A DNA stretch of 64,000 bases from an uncultured Candidatus Saccharibacteria bacterium (GTDB lineage Bacteria; Patescibacteriota; Minisyncoccia; 2-02-FULL-40-12; GWA2-44-9): the NCBI GenBank assembly GCA_964356795.1, contig CAYHIK010000004.1:2743-66742 (forward strand), written 5' to 3'. Below, in pieces: positions 47,629 to 57,003 of the stretch (the first letter of the stretch is position 1; each line of letters starts with the position of its first letter). The notes beneath the pieces are model-generated. The model had not been told where the DNA came from, did not search any database, and was given only the letters and a program-made list of their open reading frames with translations. Made by a program: the position numbers and the translations under genes.

Positions 47629-48366
47629 TTAGCGGCGCTTCAATTCTTCGCGATAATCTTCGAGAGCCTTCTTGAGCGCTGGTTTTGCTTTTTTGATTGC
47701 CTTGTTGCCAATGAGTGCGGCGGTGATACTCCCGATAGCATCGAGAGCTCGCCCATTGTTGGCGTAGAGCTTCGCTGCCTGCATTTCGACATCAATGAGT
47801 GCCTGTGCACCAGTCCCAACTTCTGCCAGTTGAGCAGACTTCCAATCCATAATCATGGCATGCGCTTCCATGGGCAGGCGACCCGGTTGTCGCAGTGCCT
47901 CCCCGATGCGCTCGACGGTGGGGATTTCTGGTGCTGATTGCTTGGGAAGCAGCTGCTCAAGCTTGTCTGCGATTGCTTGGAGACGGTCTACTTCTGCGGT
48001 GTTGCCCGCATCCTTTTCCTCCCATAGATTTTCATTCAAAAATTCAAGCTGTTCTTCGATGAGACTTGGTTCGGTATATCCTGCGTTGAAAAACAAAAGC
48101 GCTCGCCACGCAGGGTATTCGTTGCGTTCATTCTGAGGGAGATGATCAACTGATTCGTCGAGCTCTGCCAGAACATTCTGAAATTGCGACGCCCGCTCAT
48201 CTTCTGTGAATTCCGGCTCTTCAATTCCGAGCGCTTTGAGCTTCCGAAGCTCTTCACCTGCGCGCTCAAAAGTAGCAGGGGCGTGCTCTTGACTATCCTG
48301 ACTTGGCTCGGGAGTTGATTCAGGAGGTTGTTCAGACATAGCGAGAGTATACCACACTTCACTCAC
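47629..48366 (-). CDS. Acidic helical hypothetical protein
   Basis: 245 aa, Glu/Asp-rich N-terminus; ATGA-coupled to the upstream SelO-like gene. Confidence 0.35.
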   Translation of the reverse strand: MSEVWYTLAMSEQPPESTPEPSQDSQEHAPATFERAGEELRKLKALGIEEPEFTEDERASQFQNVLAELDESVDHLPQNERNEYPAWRALLFFNAGYTEPSLIEEQLEFLNENLWEEKDAGNTAEVDRLQAIADKLEQLLPKQSAPEIPTVERIGEALRQPGRLPMEAHAMIMDWKSAQLAEVGTGAQALIDVEMQAAKLYANNGRALDAIGSITAALIGNKAIKKAKPALKKALEDYREELKRR

Positions 48367-51300
48367 GCTCGGTCGCCGGATAGGCGCTCGGCTAGCTGTG
48401 ATGCGAGAGAACCACGTTCATCGTCCGATTCGATATAATCACTCATATTCTCGAGACAGTTTCGGAGAAGCTGTGGATGCTCATGAAGTAACTGGGAGAA
48501 GTCTCGCTTACGAATAAAGAGCATGCTCACCTCATTATTCGCGATGACACTACAGACGGCACCCTGACCTGTGATTATGGACCGCTCTCCAAATAGACCG
48601 CGCTCCAATGGTTTGTCATATAATTCCAAGGGACTCACCCGCATATCGGCAATATCCTGACGAAGAGTAACGGAACCACGCACAAGCAGAAATACTCCCG
48701 CGGTCTGCTGGCCTTGTTGAATAATCGACTCGCCCGAAGTAAACGCAACGGGTACTGCCTTATCGGCGAGAAATAGACGCACCTCCTCGGGATTAATCTC
48801 CCGAAAGATACCCAATCCACGCACACGATCAAAAACACCGGTCGTTCGTTGGAGGAGAATACTCCTGATGATATTTTCCATCCTCGGATACATCGAAGAG
48901 AGTTCTTGCAAATTATCCCGAGTAATTCGAAGCAATCTGGCAGGGGTTTCTGTAGCCACGGTTGCCGTCCGCTTGTGTCCCGCCTCCAATACGCTCGCCT
49001 CCCCGAGAATGGCGCCCCTGTTGCTGATTTTATTGATGACACGGCCATCAACCACTACCCTGCATGTACCCTGCACAAGTATATAGAGTGCGTCGGCGTT
49101 CTGACCTTGCGTCATCACCTCTTTCCCCTGCTCAACATCAACCGTGGTGAGAAGTTTCGCTATCGTTCGAAGCCTTGCTTTCGATGGACGCAAGTACCTA
49201 AAGAGTGGCACCTCTGCATACCGGAACTCCCTACCAGTCGGGTAGCGAGGCAGTTGGCAGAGCTGATCAATCTCCACCTCCAGCGTCTCGGCGTCAATCT
49301 TGCCAGACCGATACTCTTCGACCCAATAGCGTAATTTTCCGTTAAGCTCTGACATCGTCGGAAAGTTCTGATTCGCGGCAATCAGTCGATCGCACCAATA
49401 ATCCTTTGGTGGCAACATCCCTTGTGCATCAATGCTATCAAGGAAGGAGAAGAGTTGCAGGACGAACGCTTCGGCATCCATAGTAAATGCCGGCAACCCC
49501 TCTCTATCGACGACCGCATGATCTCTGATGAAGTACTCGCCCTGATTGACCTCGCCCTTAGACGTGAGTTGTGGCTCATAATGAATATGCGCACGAGCCG
49601 AAGCAAACGCCTTCTTTCTCTTGAGGATGCTCATTGCCTTCAGTATTCGCGCCGGGGTGTGTAAGAGTTTCGAGAGTCGTCGGAATAGGGCGGACATATC
49701 TACCAAAGCCGGATCGTCATCATCGGATATTTCATCGTATAGATTCATTGAAACCCTCTTGGGACTAATCTTTTTAGAGAGCGATTCGAACTGATTGGTA
49801 AGCGATAGGACCACCTCTCCTTGGCGCGCCATCAACTGCTCGATATATACCTCTTCGATGCCCAGTAATTCGAGCAATAAACAGGACAAGTGCGTGCGTC
49901 GGAGAATAGAGAATTTTTCACTAAGTCCAGCAGCTGAAATCTTCTTCACAGTCGCAAGCTGTTCGAGCACATTCAGAAAACCAAAGCCCTCATATCCAAA
50001 GTAATTATGATAGTACTTTGTTGAGGTCGTGTTGTACGGCCCTCGGTACGGGACAAACGAAACCGTCTCGAGATCAATCATGCGCCCGTCCAACGAGTAG
50101 TTTCCAGTCGACCAAGCCCCTAACATAAATCGATAGGCAAAAAATTGAGCATCAAGCTTTGCATACGCAGCAACCACCGTATCGAAATCGATATTGATAG
50201 TAGGATCAAACTCAACGTGACTCGGCCTGTCCAGCGCGCCATCGTCAGCGCGAACGAGGAGCGAGAGCGGGACGGGGTACGGATTCCATTTGAATTCTTC
50301 TTGAGCCTTCAATGCAATAACAACGGGATGCTCGACAACGCTCTTGGTGAAATGGCCAATCCATCGCGACAGAATCAATCTCCGCAGAGATCCGATGAGC
50401 TCCATCTTACCAGTGCTATGACTGGGGGTGGCGCTGGTACACAGCGTCGTCTTGCCCACGCCCATCACGTTAAACTTCTTACCGTAGTAGACGGCACGGC
50501 CAGACCCCTGGTTTCCGCTGAGCCCGATGTTTGTCATGTCCTGCTGGCGATCGGCGTATGTATTGATTGACACGTCTGCTGATGCAGAGTCCGCAAGAAC
50601 AACGGCAAAACGAGATGCATGCGCGTGCGCATCACCCGAATACCCCATCCGTTCAAAGTACTCGCGATCGGCATATACCACCTCGTACTCCTCGGGCTCC
50701 AGCCTTCGTGTATGCTGGCGGACAAACACCCGCTCTCCAAGCCTCTGTACCGCACTGGGTTGCGCAGTAAGATCCGTACCCAAGTCAATATATGGCATCA
50801 TCGCAATAATCCACCACGCAGGATCACCCTTCTGTCCAAATGATCGCTCTTGGTATTGATCGCGCAGGTAGCTGTCGTAGTAATCACGGAGTAGCTCAAC
50901 AATGATAAACCCGCTGTTTTGTCGTTTTGATAGCTTCTTCAGTGTAAGCTTTCGGCTCGGATACTGACTAGCGATGAACAATGTTGGTTTTAGTTCGCGT
51001 ATGAAATCTTTCCAGATGACAAGTGTTGCCAAAATGCTGTGCACATAATCGCGGTCGCTAATACTGTCGTACACTTGGCGAATGCGCTCCGACAAGCCTG
51101 TCCCGTCACCATGTTCCTGCGTAAAAAAAGTTGGATCTTTTCCCTGCATAGCCAACGCGATAGCCATATCGTCGAATGGATGATTTGCGAGCAGCGCATC
51201 AACCCGAGGGGGAAGGTCCGTACCAATACGAACATCCTGAAGTAATTTCGTCACACTCCGGATGGTTGCCTTGGGCAAAATACGCTCATAGAGCGCTTTT

Positions 51301-51503
51301 GTATGCTGGGCGGCGAGAGCGTCCGGCTCAATAAGAATAACCGTCCCCTTGAAACCAATCATTGCCAACGCGTCTCCTATCTTTTTCTCATACCCAGGCG
51401 CGACTTCAACAACAACCCCGTCGAGCGGAATCGGGTTCTTCTCTAGGAGACTCCTCCAGATGTATGAAACCGGTTTTACTGGTGACAGAGTTTCATGCGC
51501 CAT
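48363..51503 (-). CDS. Large protein: N-terminal SelO/YdiU-like kinase-fold region fused to two C-terminal cyclic-nucleotide-binding (CAP-family) domains
   Basis: SelO-like GSGRAVYYGKKFNVMGVGKTTLCT...GKMELIGSLRRLILSRWI and GNYSLDGRMIDLETVSF; cNMP-binding GEASVLEAGHKRTATVATETPARLLRI and GERSIITGQGAVCSVIANNEVSMLFI. Confidence 0.5.
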   Translation of the reverse strand: MAHETLSPVKPVSYIWRSLLEKNPIPLDGVVVEVAPGYEKKIGDALAMIGFKGTVILIEPDALAAQHTKALYERILPKATIRSVTKLLQDVRIGTDLPPRVDALLANHPFDDMAIALAMQGKDPTFFTQEHGDGTGLSERIRQVYDSISDRDYVHSILATLVIWKDFIRELKPTLFIASQYPSRKLTLKKLSKRQNSGFIIVELLRDYYDSYLRDQYQERSFGQKGDPAWWIIAMMPYIDLGTDLTAQPSAVQRLGERVFVRQHTRRLEPEEYEVVYADREYFERMGYSGDAHAHASRFAVVLADSASADVSINTYADRQQDMTNIGLSGNQGSGRAVYYGKKFNVMGVGKTTLCTSATPSHSTGKMELIGSLRRLILSRWIGHFTKSVVEHPVVIALKAQEEFKWNPYPVPLSLLVRADDGALDRPSHVEFDPTINIDFDTVVAAYAKLDAQFFAYRFMLGAWSTGNYSLDGRMIDLETVSFVPYRGPYNTTSTKYYHNYFGYEGFGFLNVLEQLATVKKISAAGLSEKFSILRRTHLSCLLLELLGIEEVYIEQLMARQGEVVLSLTNQFESLSKKISPKRVSMNLYDEISDDDDPALVDMSALFRRLSKLLHTPARILKAMSILKRKKAFASARAHIHYEPQLTSKGEVNQGEYFIRDHAVVDREGLPAFTMDAEAFVLQLFSFLDSIDAQGMLPPKDYWCDRLIAANQNFPTMSELNGKLRYWVEEYRSGKIDAETLEVEIDQLCQLPRYPTGREFRYAEVPLFRYLRPSKARLRTIAKLLTTVDVEQGKEVMTQGQNADALYILVQGTCRVVVDGRVINKISNRGAILGEASVLEAGHKRTATVATETPARLLRITRDNLQELSSMYPRMENIIRSILLQRTTGVFDRVRGLGIFREINPEEVRLFLADKAVPVAFTSGESIIQQGQQTAGVFLLVRGSVTLRQDIADMRVSPLELYDKPLERGLFGERSIITGQGAVCSVIANNEVSMLFIRKRDFSQLLHEHPQLLRNCLENMSDYIESDDERGSLASQLAERLSGDRA

Positions 51504-51619
51504 ATGTCACAACAAAAAATCTAGCATCCACGACTTCTACTGAAAAATACTAGCATAAACTGCGGAGATTTTCCTTGCTGGCCGCGTGGAACGTAGAGGG
51601 AATGAATTCTTCCTGTCAG

Positions 51620-51655
51620 AAAAAAGAAAAGCGGCCATTGCTGGTCGCTTTCTGC
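51620..51655 (-). terminator. Rho-independent terminator (module shared with 58923-58960)
   Basis: Minus strand gcgaccagcaatggccgc hairpin followed by TTTTCTTTTTTCTG. Confidence 0.5.
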
Positions 51656-51668
51656 ACGAAGGCACTCC

Positions 51669-52037
51669 TTACAGAGGACCACCGGATTCGCGCAGGAATT
51701 CACTCATGAATTCACTCACGCCCTTCGCCCGACGCGCCTGACGCTTGCGTTCGTCGCGTGCCATCTCCTCGTCTGCGAGAGCGGACTTCGGGTAGGGGCC
51801 GATGTTCTTCCTGATGCATCCATCCACCGCCCGTGTCCAATCGCGAAGGATGAGGACGGGATTGGAATCCGAGCGCACACAGACAGTCACGCCGTTGAAC
51901 AGGAATCTGACGGTGCGACTCTTCTTACGCTTCGGCCGCTGCGCCGAAAGCACGATTGCTTCAGCGATGACCTCATGGATGAAGAAGCCACATTTGACAT
52001 CAAAGATGCCATGCTTTTCTCGCACCAAACTTCCCAT
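51669..52037 (-). CDS. Hypothetical protein; paralog of the N-terminal domain of 60915-61706
   Basis: About 45% identity over about 100 aa (GIFDVKCG..IAEAI.LSA...SDSNP.LI.RDW.RA....I.K..GP.PK.AL). Confidence 0.4.
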   Translation of the reverse strand: MGSLVREKHGIFDVKCGFFIHEVIAEAIVLSAQRPKRKKSRTVRFLFNGVTVCVRSDSNPVLILRDWTRAVDGCIRKNIGPYPKSALADEEMARDERKRQARRAKGVSEFMSEFLRESGGPL

Positions 52038-52071
52038 GGTTCCGCTCCTTCTTCAGATTGAAACGTGCGAT

Positions 52072-52263
52072 CTACGAGGCAAACCGCTCCGCGTGCTGCT
52101 TGGCCATCTTCTTGGCATCCTGCTGGCACTTCTTCTTGTCACAGCACCGAATAGCCGAAGAGGCGTTCTTCTTTCTGTAGCAGGCCTCGTGGACGGCGAC
52201 ACCTCCGCAGAACAGGCAGTCATCCTTCTGATACGAAGACTTGGGCCGAATTTTTGGCTCCAT
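52072..52263 (-). CDS. Small Cys-rich basic protein (63 aa)
   Basis: GGAAGGAG RBS then ATG; 7 Cys (CLFCGG...CYRKK...CCDKKKC). Confidence 0.35.
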   Translation of the reverse strand: MEPKIRPKSSYQKDDCLFCGGVAVHEACYRKKNASSAIRCCDKKKCQQDAKKMAKQHAERFAS

Positions 52264-52297
52264 CTCACACTCCTTCCCCAGACTTCGGGGTACTCTT

Positions 52298-52327
52298 AAT
52301 ATGCCATATTAATATGGCATATGTCAA
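52298..52327 (-). promoter_or_regulatory. Promoter-like element with a 20-bp perfect palindrome ATGCCATATTAATATGGCAT next to a TTGACA -35
   Basis: Same architecture as the cassette promoters at 59269-62294; the -10 is weak (CATATT). Confidence 0.35.
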
Positions 52328-52363
52328 GTCTACGGGCGAAGCAGAGAAGACCTGCGGAACGGA

Positions 52364-52699
52364 TTAATTGCCGGGCAGTGCGGTTGGGATGGGTCTCATC
52401 TGAATTGACTGCGCTGTTACGCTACCGTCGGAATTTGTGCTCCCCGTGGCCGTGACCGTTTCGCCTATGTTGAGATCAGCTAGTGAGCCCCTCGTGAACT
52501 TTCCAATCTCGGTTGTGCTGGAATAGAATACAATCTTCGACCCACCACTGCGCATCTTAATGGTGATGCTGGTGTCATCCTTGGAGATAATCTCCCCCGA
52601 AACAAGCCCAGCGCCTGCGCCACCGAGTCGCTGACCATCTCCGCCCCTCAATCCAGCGCCCGCATTTGCGGTGAACTGTTGCCGTTGCTCTGGCGTCAT
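52364..52699 (-). CDS. Hypothetical Gly-rich protein; preceded by an overlapping 38-aa signal-peptide-like ORF (52696-52812), possibly a frameshifted secreted protein
   Basis: The upstream ORF MNKLLSVAVTVAVVVGSGAFYGG... ends in TGA overlapping this ATG (ACATGACG). Confidence 0.35.
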   Translation of the reverse strand: MTPEQRQQFTANAGAGLRGGDGQRLGGAGAGLVSGEIISKDDTSITIKMRSGGSKIVFYSSTTEIGKFTRGSLADLNIGETVTATGSTNSDGSVTAQSIQMRPIPTALPGN

Positions 52700-52822
52700 G
52701 TTGGCAAAATCCGCTCGACTCGAACTACGTCCTTGGGCATCATGCCTCCGTAGAATGCGCCACTCCCGACAACCACCGCAACCGTCACCGCTACTGATAA
52801 AAGTTTGTTCATACTTTTTTTA

Positions 52823-54046
52823 TTATTCGAAACGCAACGCTTCTATGGGATTTAATTTGGACGCCCTGCTGGCAGGGTAGTAGCCAAATACAATACCAAT
52901 AGCAGCTGAAACGCCGAACGCTAATACAATTGAATACAGGGAAACCGAAGTTGCGATGCCCCCAAAATGCGAAACCAATAAACTCACAGCCCACCCGAGC
53001 GCAATTCCCATGACACCTCCGGAGAAAGTCAGCAACACGGCCTCAGCCAAAAACTGGCGATTGATATCTTTACGCTTTGCTCCGATTGCTTTGCGCAAGC
53101 CAATCTCTCGGGTTCTTTCGGTGACGGTGGTGAGCATCATATTCATGATACCAATACCACCCACCACGAGCGAAATACCCGCAACCGCAGCCAAGAGAAT
53201 AGTGAACGTGTCGGTGACCGAAGAAGCCGTCGCTACAATATCTGCCTGGTTGAGCGTGCTGAAGTCCGCCTGCTGGGGATCTGATATGTTATGCCGTTGA
53301 AGCAGGAGTCCGGTAATTTGAGCCTGCAAGTCCGTCATAGAATTCTGGTCAGCTGCCTGAACGCTAATCTGGCTTACCGATGTATTTCCCGCGAGAAATC
53401 GCTGCGCGGTAGCGAGTGGGATGTACACCGAATTATCTGGATTGTTAAATCCACTCCCTCCCTTGGATTTGGTGACCCCAATCACCTTGAACGTAATCGA
53501 GCGGATACGAATCGACTGCCCGATGGGGCTCACCCCTTCACCAAAGAGGTCATCTCTGACCGTTGACCCAAGCACCACCACCTTTGCCAAGCTTCGCGTA
53601 TGTTGATCGCTGATAAATGACCCGTCTTCGATTTCAATATTCCGCACCGTGGAATAATCAGACACCGTTCCAATCACCTGCGTATTGGTATTTGTGCCCC
53701 GAGCGGTGAGTTGGTATCGGCCAGTGAGCTCCGGAGCAACTGCAGCTGCCAAATCTATATCGGTTTTCAGTGCATCGGCATCTTCTTGAGTAAGCGTCTG
53801 CGCACTCCCCCGACCAGCATTCACCTGAATACCGACGCCTCGTTGAGCGCCCGGCATCACAATCACCAAATTAGAACCCAACGATTGGATACTCGCCTCG
53901 ATGGTACCCTTCGCTCCCTGACCAATCGAAATCATGGCGATTACCGAACCAATACCGATAACGATGCCAAGCACCGTAAGGCCGGATCTGGCCTTATTCA
54001 CCAGCAAGGCCGAATATGTTTCTTCAAATAAATCGGAAATAATCAT
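52823..54046 (-). CDS. ABC transporter permease, MacB/FtsX-like
   Basis: 407 aa; N-terminal TM, large periplasmic domain, 3 C-terminal TM (FtsX fold). Confidence 0.8.
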   Translation of the reverse strand: MIISDLFEETYSALLVNKARSGLTVLGIVIGIGSVIAMISIGQGAKGTIEASIQSLGSNLVIVMPGAQRGVGIQVNAGRGSAQTLTQEDADALKTDIDLAAAVAPELTGRYQLTARGTNTNTQVIGTVSDYSTVRNIEIEDGSFISDQHTRSLAKVVVLGSTVRDDLFGEGVSPIGQSIRIRSITFKVIGVTKSKGGSGFNNPDNSVYIPLATAQRFLAGNTSVSQISVQAADQNSMTDLQAQITGLLLQRHNISDPQQADFSTLNQADIVATASSVTDTFTILLAAVAGISLVVGGIGIMNMMLTTVTERTREIGLRKAIGAKRKDINRQFLAEAVLLTFSGGVMGIALGWAVSLLVSHFGGIATSVSLYSIVLAFGVSAAIGIVFGYYPASRASKLNPIEALRFE

Positions 54047-54750
54047 GATAAATTTGCGTGACGCTTATTTTTATTTTTCTTGTCCTCGACAATCAAACCA
54101 TCTTTGATGGTGATGATTCTATCGGCGTGCTCCGCTACCTCGCGCTCATGGGTAATGAGTACGATAGTTCTATGCTGTTTCTCATTCAGTGTCTGGAACG
54201 TATTGAGCACTATTTCTCCCGTTTTTGTATCCAGATTCCCCGTTGGCTCATCAGCTAAAATTAATGCTGGATTATTTACTAACGCTCGAGCGATGGCAAC
54301 ACGTTGAATTTGTCCTCCAGAAAGTTGATTTGATTGATGGTAAAAATGGGACTCATCCATGCCTGCGTTCAGGAGTGCAGCCCGAGCCTTTGCCTCGCGC
54401 TCTTCTTTGGGAATCCCCGCATACACCAATGGAAGCATAACGTTCCGTAGTACGGTAGCTCTTGGTAGCAAGTTGAATGACTGGAACACAAAGCCAAGCT
54501 TATCTTTTCTGGTGTCGGCCAGCTCATCATCGGTCAGATGGGAAACATCATGACCATCCAGCATGTACGTGCCACTTGAAGGAGTATCGAGTGCCCCAAT
54601 GATGTGCATCAGCGTTGATTTCCCCGAGCCAGAAGGGCCCATGATTGCCACGAACTCGCCAGCATTAATTCCAAAACTCACTCCCTTGAGTGCCGTGGTT
54701 TCCACGTCACCGCTTTTGTAGGTTTTGGAAATATTGTTGCACGCAATCAT
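54043..54750 (-). CDS. ABC transporter ATP-binding protein (MacB/LolD-type)
   Basis: Walker A GPSGSGKST, signature LSGGQIQRVAIARAL, Walker B ILADEPTGNLD; start set at MIACNN. Confidence 0.85.
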   Translation of the reverse strand: MIACNNISKTYKSGDVETTALKGVSFGINAGEFVAIMGPSGSGKSTLMHIIGALDTPSSGTYMLDGHDVSHLTDDELADTRKDKLGFVFQSFNLLPRATVLRNVMLPLVYAGIPKEEREAKARAALLNAGMDESHFYHQSNQLSGGQIQRVAIARALVNNPALILADEPTGNLDTKTGEIVLNTFQTLNEKQHRTIVLITHEREVAEHADRIITIKDGLIVEDKKNKNKRHANLS

Positions 54751-54760
54751 CGTGGGCGTA

Positions 54761-56491
54761 TTAACGAACCTGAAGTCCACCCCTTGATCCGCCTCCTGTT
54801 CCCCCGCCAACCGGAAACAAGCTATTTGTCTGAGTTGTAGCGCTTGAAGTGGTCACCGTTCGCACCACCACGATATCCCCCTCATTGAGACCACCCATGA
54901 CCTCGGATACAGAATCATTCACCAAGCCAACTTCAACTAGTTTGCGCTGAGGCGGAGTCCCCAAGGCAACTCCCGAAGCATTCATTGCGCTCGCCACTAG
55001 CTGACTCGCGGCCGCAACATCTCCCGGCATTTCAACGTACCTCGTTTCTCCAGAAGATTTCACTGCCGAATTTGGCACGAGCAACACGTCCTGCTTCGCG
55101 CCCGTAATGACCGCGGCGGATGCACTCATCCCGGGCTTCACCCGTTCGTCTTGGGTATCAAATCCGATACTTACTCCATAGGTAACAACACCCTGGCTTA
55201 CCGTTCCCAAGGGGTCCACCTCTACAACGTTCCCCGTAATCGTTAACTCCTCCACCGCATCAAACGTCAGCGTAACCTTCTGCCCAATCTTCACTTGGGC
55301 AATCTCGACTTCGTTGAGCGATATTTGCGCGATACTTTGCTTTGTGAGCAGCGTCGCAATCACAGTACTACCCGACACTGAATCTCCCGCCTTCATTTCT
55401 GATTTCGCGACAATACCAGCAAACGGAGCGCGAATGACGTAGTTCGCCAAGTTCGCTTGAGCATCTTGGAGCGCAGCCTTTCTTTGAGCGACGGTGTTCT
55501 CCTGACTTCTCATATCAATGGGATTCGTCAGTTGCGTATCATCAAGAGATCTCTGCGATGATTCGATAGCTCGTCGAGCATTCCCCAAGCTTGAAAGGAT
55601 GCTATTCAAGTTGCTCAACGCACTCCCGATACTGTTTTGATAAGTTGTCACCTGCTGAGGTATCCGAGCCGTATCGCCCTGCTTTGACGCTTCACTCTTC
55701 ATATTGCTCACGAGCGCATCGAGCATATTCTGTTCGCTTTTAACGGCCTGCGCTATGAGCTCGGTCGTTTTCTCGGTGGTCTTCAGGACTGCAGTGACTT
55801 CCTCGGGAGAAGCATCAAATCGTAGACTTCTGTAGGTCGTAAAGTTTGGATCAAACGCATCTTTGGCTATTTTGTAATCACTCTCGGATCGAGACGTGAG
55901 AGACCGAAGCTCGTCTCTAAAATCCTGACCGGCTAAATTGCCGTACTCGCACACATTACCGCAACCGCCCGCAGGAGATACCGTGTTGTCATACAACACG
56001 CCTCGCGCCAGCTCCACCACGTTGGGCAAATCAAGGAATGCGTCAGACACCTTATTGTATGCATCGCGATATGATTGCTCGAGACTTTCGACGGTGGTCT
56101 CGGAGCTCACCTGCTGATTGCGCTGCATTTTTTCCAAAGATATCTGCGCGCTCTCAAGACTTATCTGAGCATCTCGGACTGATCGCTGAGCTTCGCGCGC
56201 ATCCAGATAGGCAAGAATCTGACCTCGATAGACCTGTTGTCCGGTTTTAACGCCAACATAGGTAAGCGTCCCGGAAGCCTTCGGTTTTACATCAATCTGC
56301 TGGGAAGCTGCGACCTGACCACTGCCCGTAATTGAGCTGATAATAGTTCCCTTGGTAACAGTCGCTAAGACGTACGTTGCCTCCGCGGTACCGCCTCCAC
56401 GAAAAACAAAGTAGGAACCAAGAACAATCACTGAGAGCACAACGCCCGACACAATCTTCCGCCGTACCATTGTCTGAAGTATATAGTGCAT
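54761..56491 (-). CDS. Periplasmic adaptor (membrane fusion protein, HlyD/MacA-like)
   Basis: N-terminal TM; long coiled-coil hairpin (RSVRDAQISLESAQISLEKMQRN...); lipoyl/beta-barrel-like C-terminus. Confidence 0.7.
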   Translation of the reverse strand: MHYILQTMVRRKIVSGVVLSVIVLGSYFVFRGGGTAEATYVLATVTKGTIISSITGSGQVAASQQIDVKPKASGTLTYVGVKTGQQVYRGQILAYLDAREAQRSVRDAQISLESAQISLEKMQRNQQVSSETTVESLEQSYRDAYNKVSDAFLDLPNVVELARGVLYDNTVSPAGGCGNVCEYGNLAGQDFRDELRSLTSRSESDYKIAKDAFDPNFTTYRSLRFDASPEEVTAVLKTTEKTTELIAQAVKSEQNMLDALVSNMKSEASKQGDTARIPQQVTTYQNSIGSALSNLNSILSSLGNARRAIESSQRSLDDTQLTNPIDMRSQENTVAQRKAALQDAQANLANYVIRAPFAGIVAKSEMKAGDSVSGSTVIATLLTKQSIAQISLNEVEIAQVKIGQKVTLTFDAVEELTITGNVVEVDPLGTVSQGVVTYGVSIGFDTQDERVKPGMSASAAVITGAKQDVLLVPNSAVKSSGETRYVEMPGDVAAASQLVASAMNASGVALGTPPQRKLVEVGLVNDSVSEVMGGLNEGDIVVVRTVTTSSATTQTNSLFPVGGGTGGGSRGGLQVR

Positions 56492-56495
56492 AGAT

Positions 56496-56999
56496 TTATC
56501 TTTGCATGGGTACGCGAGCGGGCTCGCCTCGCTGAAGCGCGGGCGAAGCGGGCATCGGCATGACACGAATAAACTTTGCCTCAATCTGGCCCTGATCATT
56601 TGGCTCACCAATGACAACAATGGGCTCAGTCGGCTTCAAATCTGAGGCCTGAATAGCATCTCGAAATCGTCTAATATCAGTCTCACTCGTTACCGTAATT
56701 ATTTTTTCAATATTATCCTTACCACGAACCACCAATTCAGAATCAGCGATGCTGATAATCTGGCCAAAGGCGCCATGTCCACCAATGAAATCTCCTCCGC
56801 TAAAATCTTGATTCATATTGTTCATGAACCCCGCGCGAGGGCCTGCAAAATTTTTATGATAATTCTCACTCCATGCATATGAGAATCGCGCCTTTCGGTA
56901 GCCAGCTGCCATGCCAACGCTAAAGGTTCCGATTAATATCGCTAACCCGAAGAGTACGAGGATAAGAATCGTTACCTCTTTAGACCGAATAGACTTCAT
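56496..56999 (-). CDS. Membrane-anchored hypothetical protein
   Basis: Start set at MKSIRSKEVTILILVLFGLAIL. Confidence 0.3.
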   Translation of the reverse strand: MKSIRSKEVTILILVLFGLAILIGTFSVGMAAGYRKARFSYAWSENYHKNFAGPRAGFMNNMNQDFSGGDFIGGHGAFGQIISIADSELVVRGKDNIEKIITVTSETDIRRFRDAIQASDLKPTEPIVVIGEPNDQGQIEAKFIRVMPMPASPALQRGEPARVPMQR

Positions 57000-57003
57000 G
57001 ATG

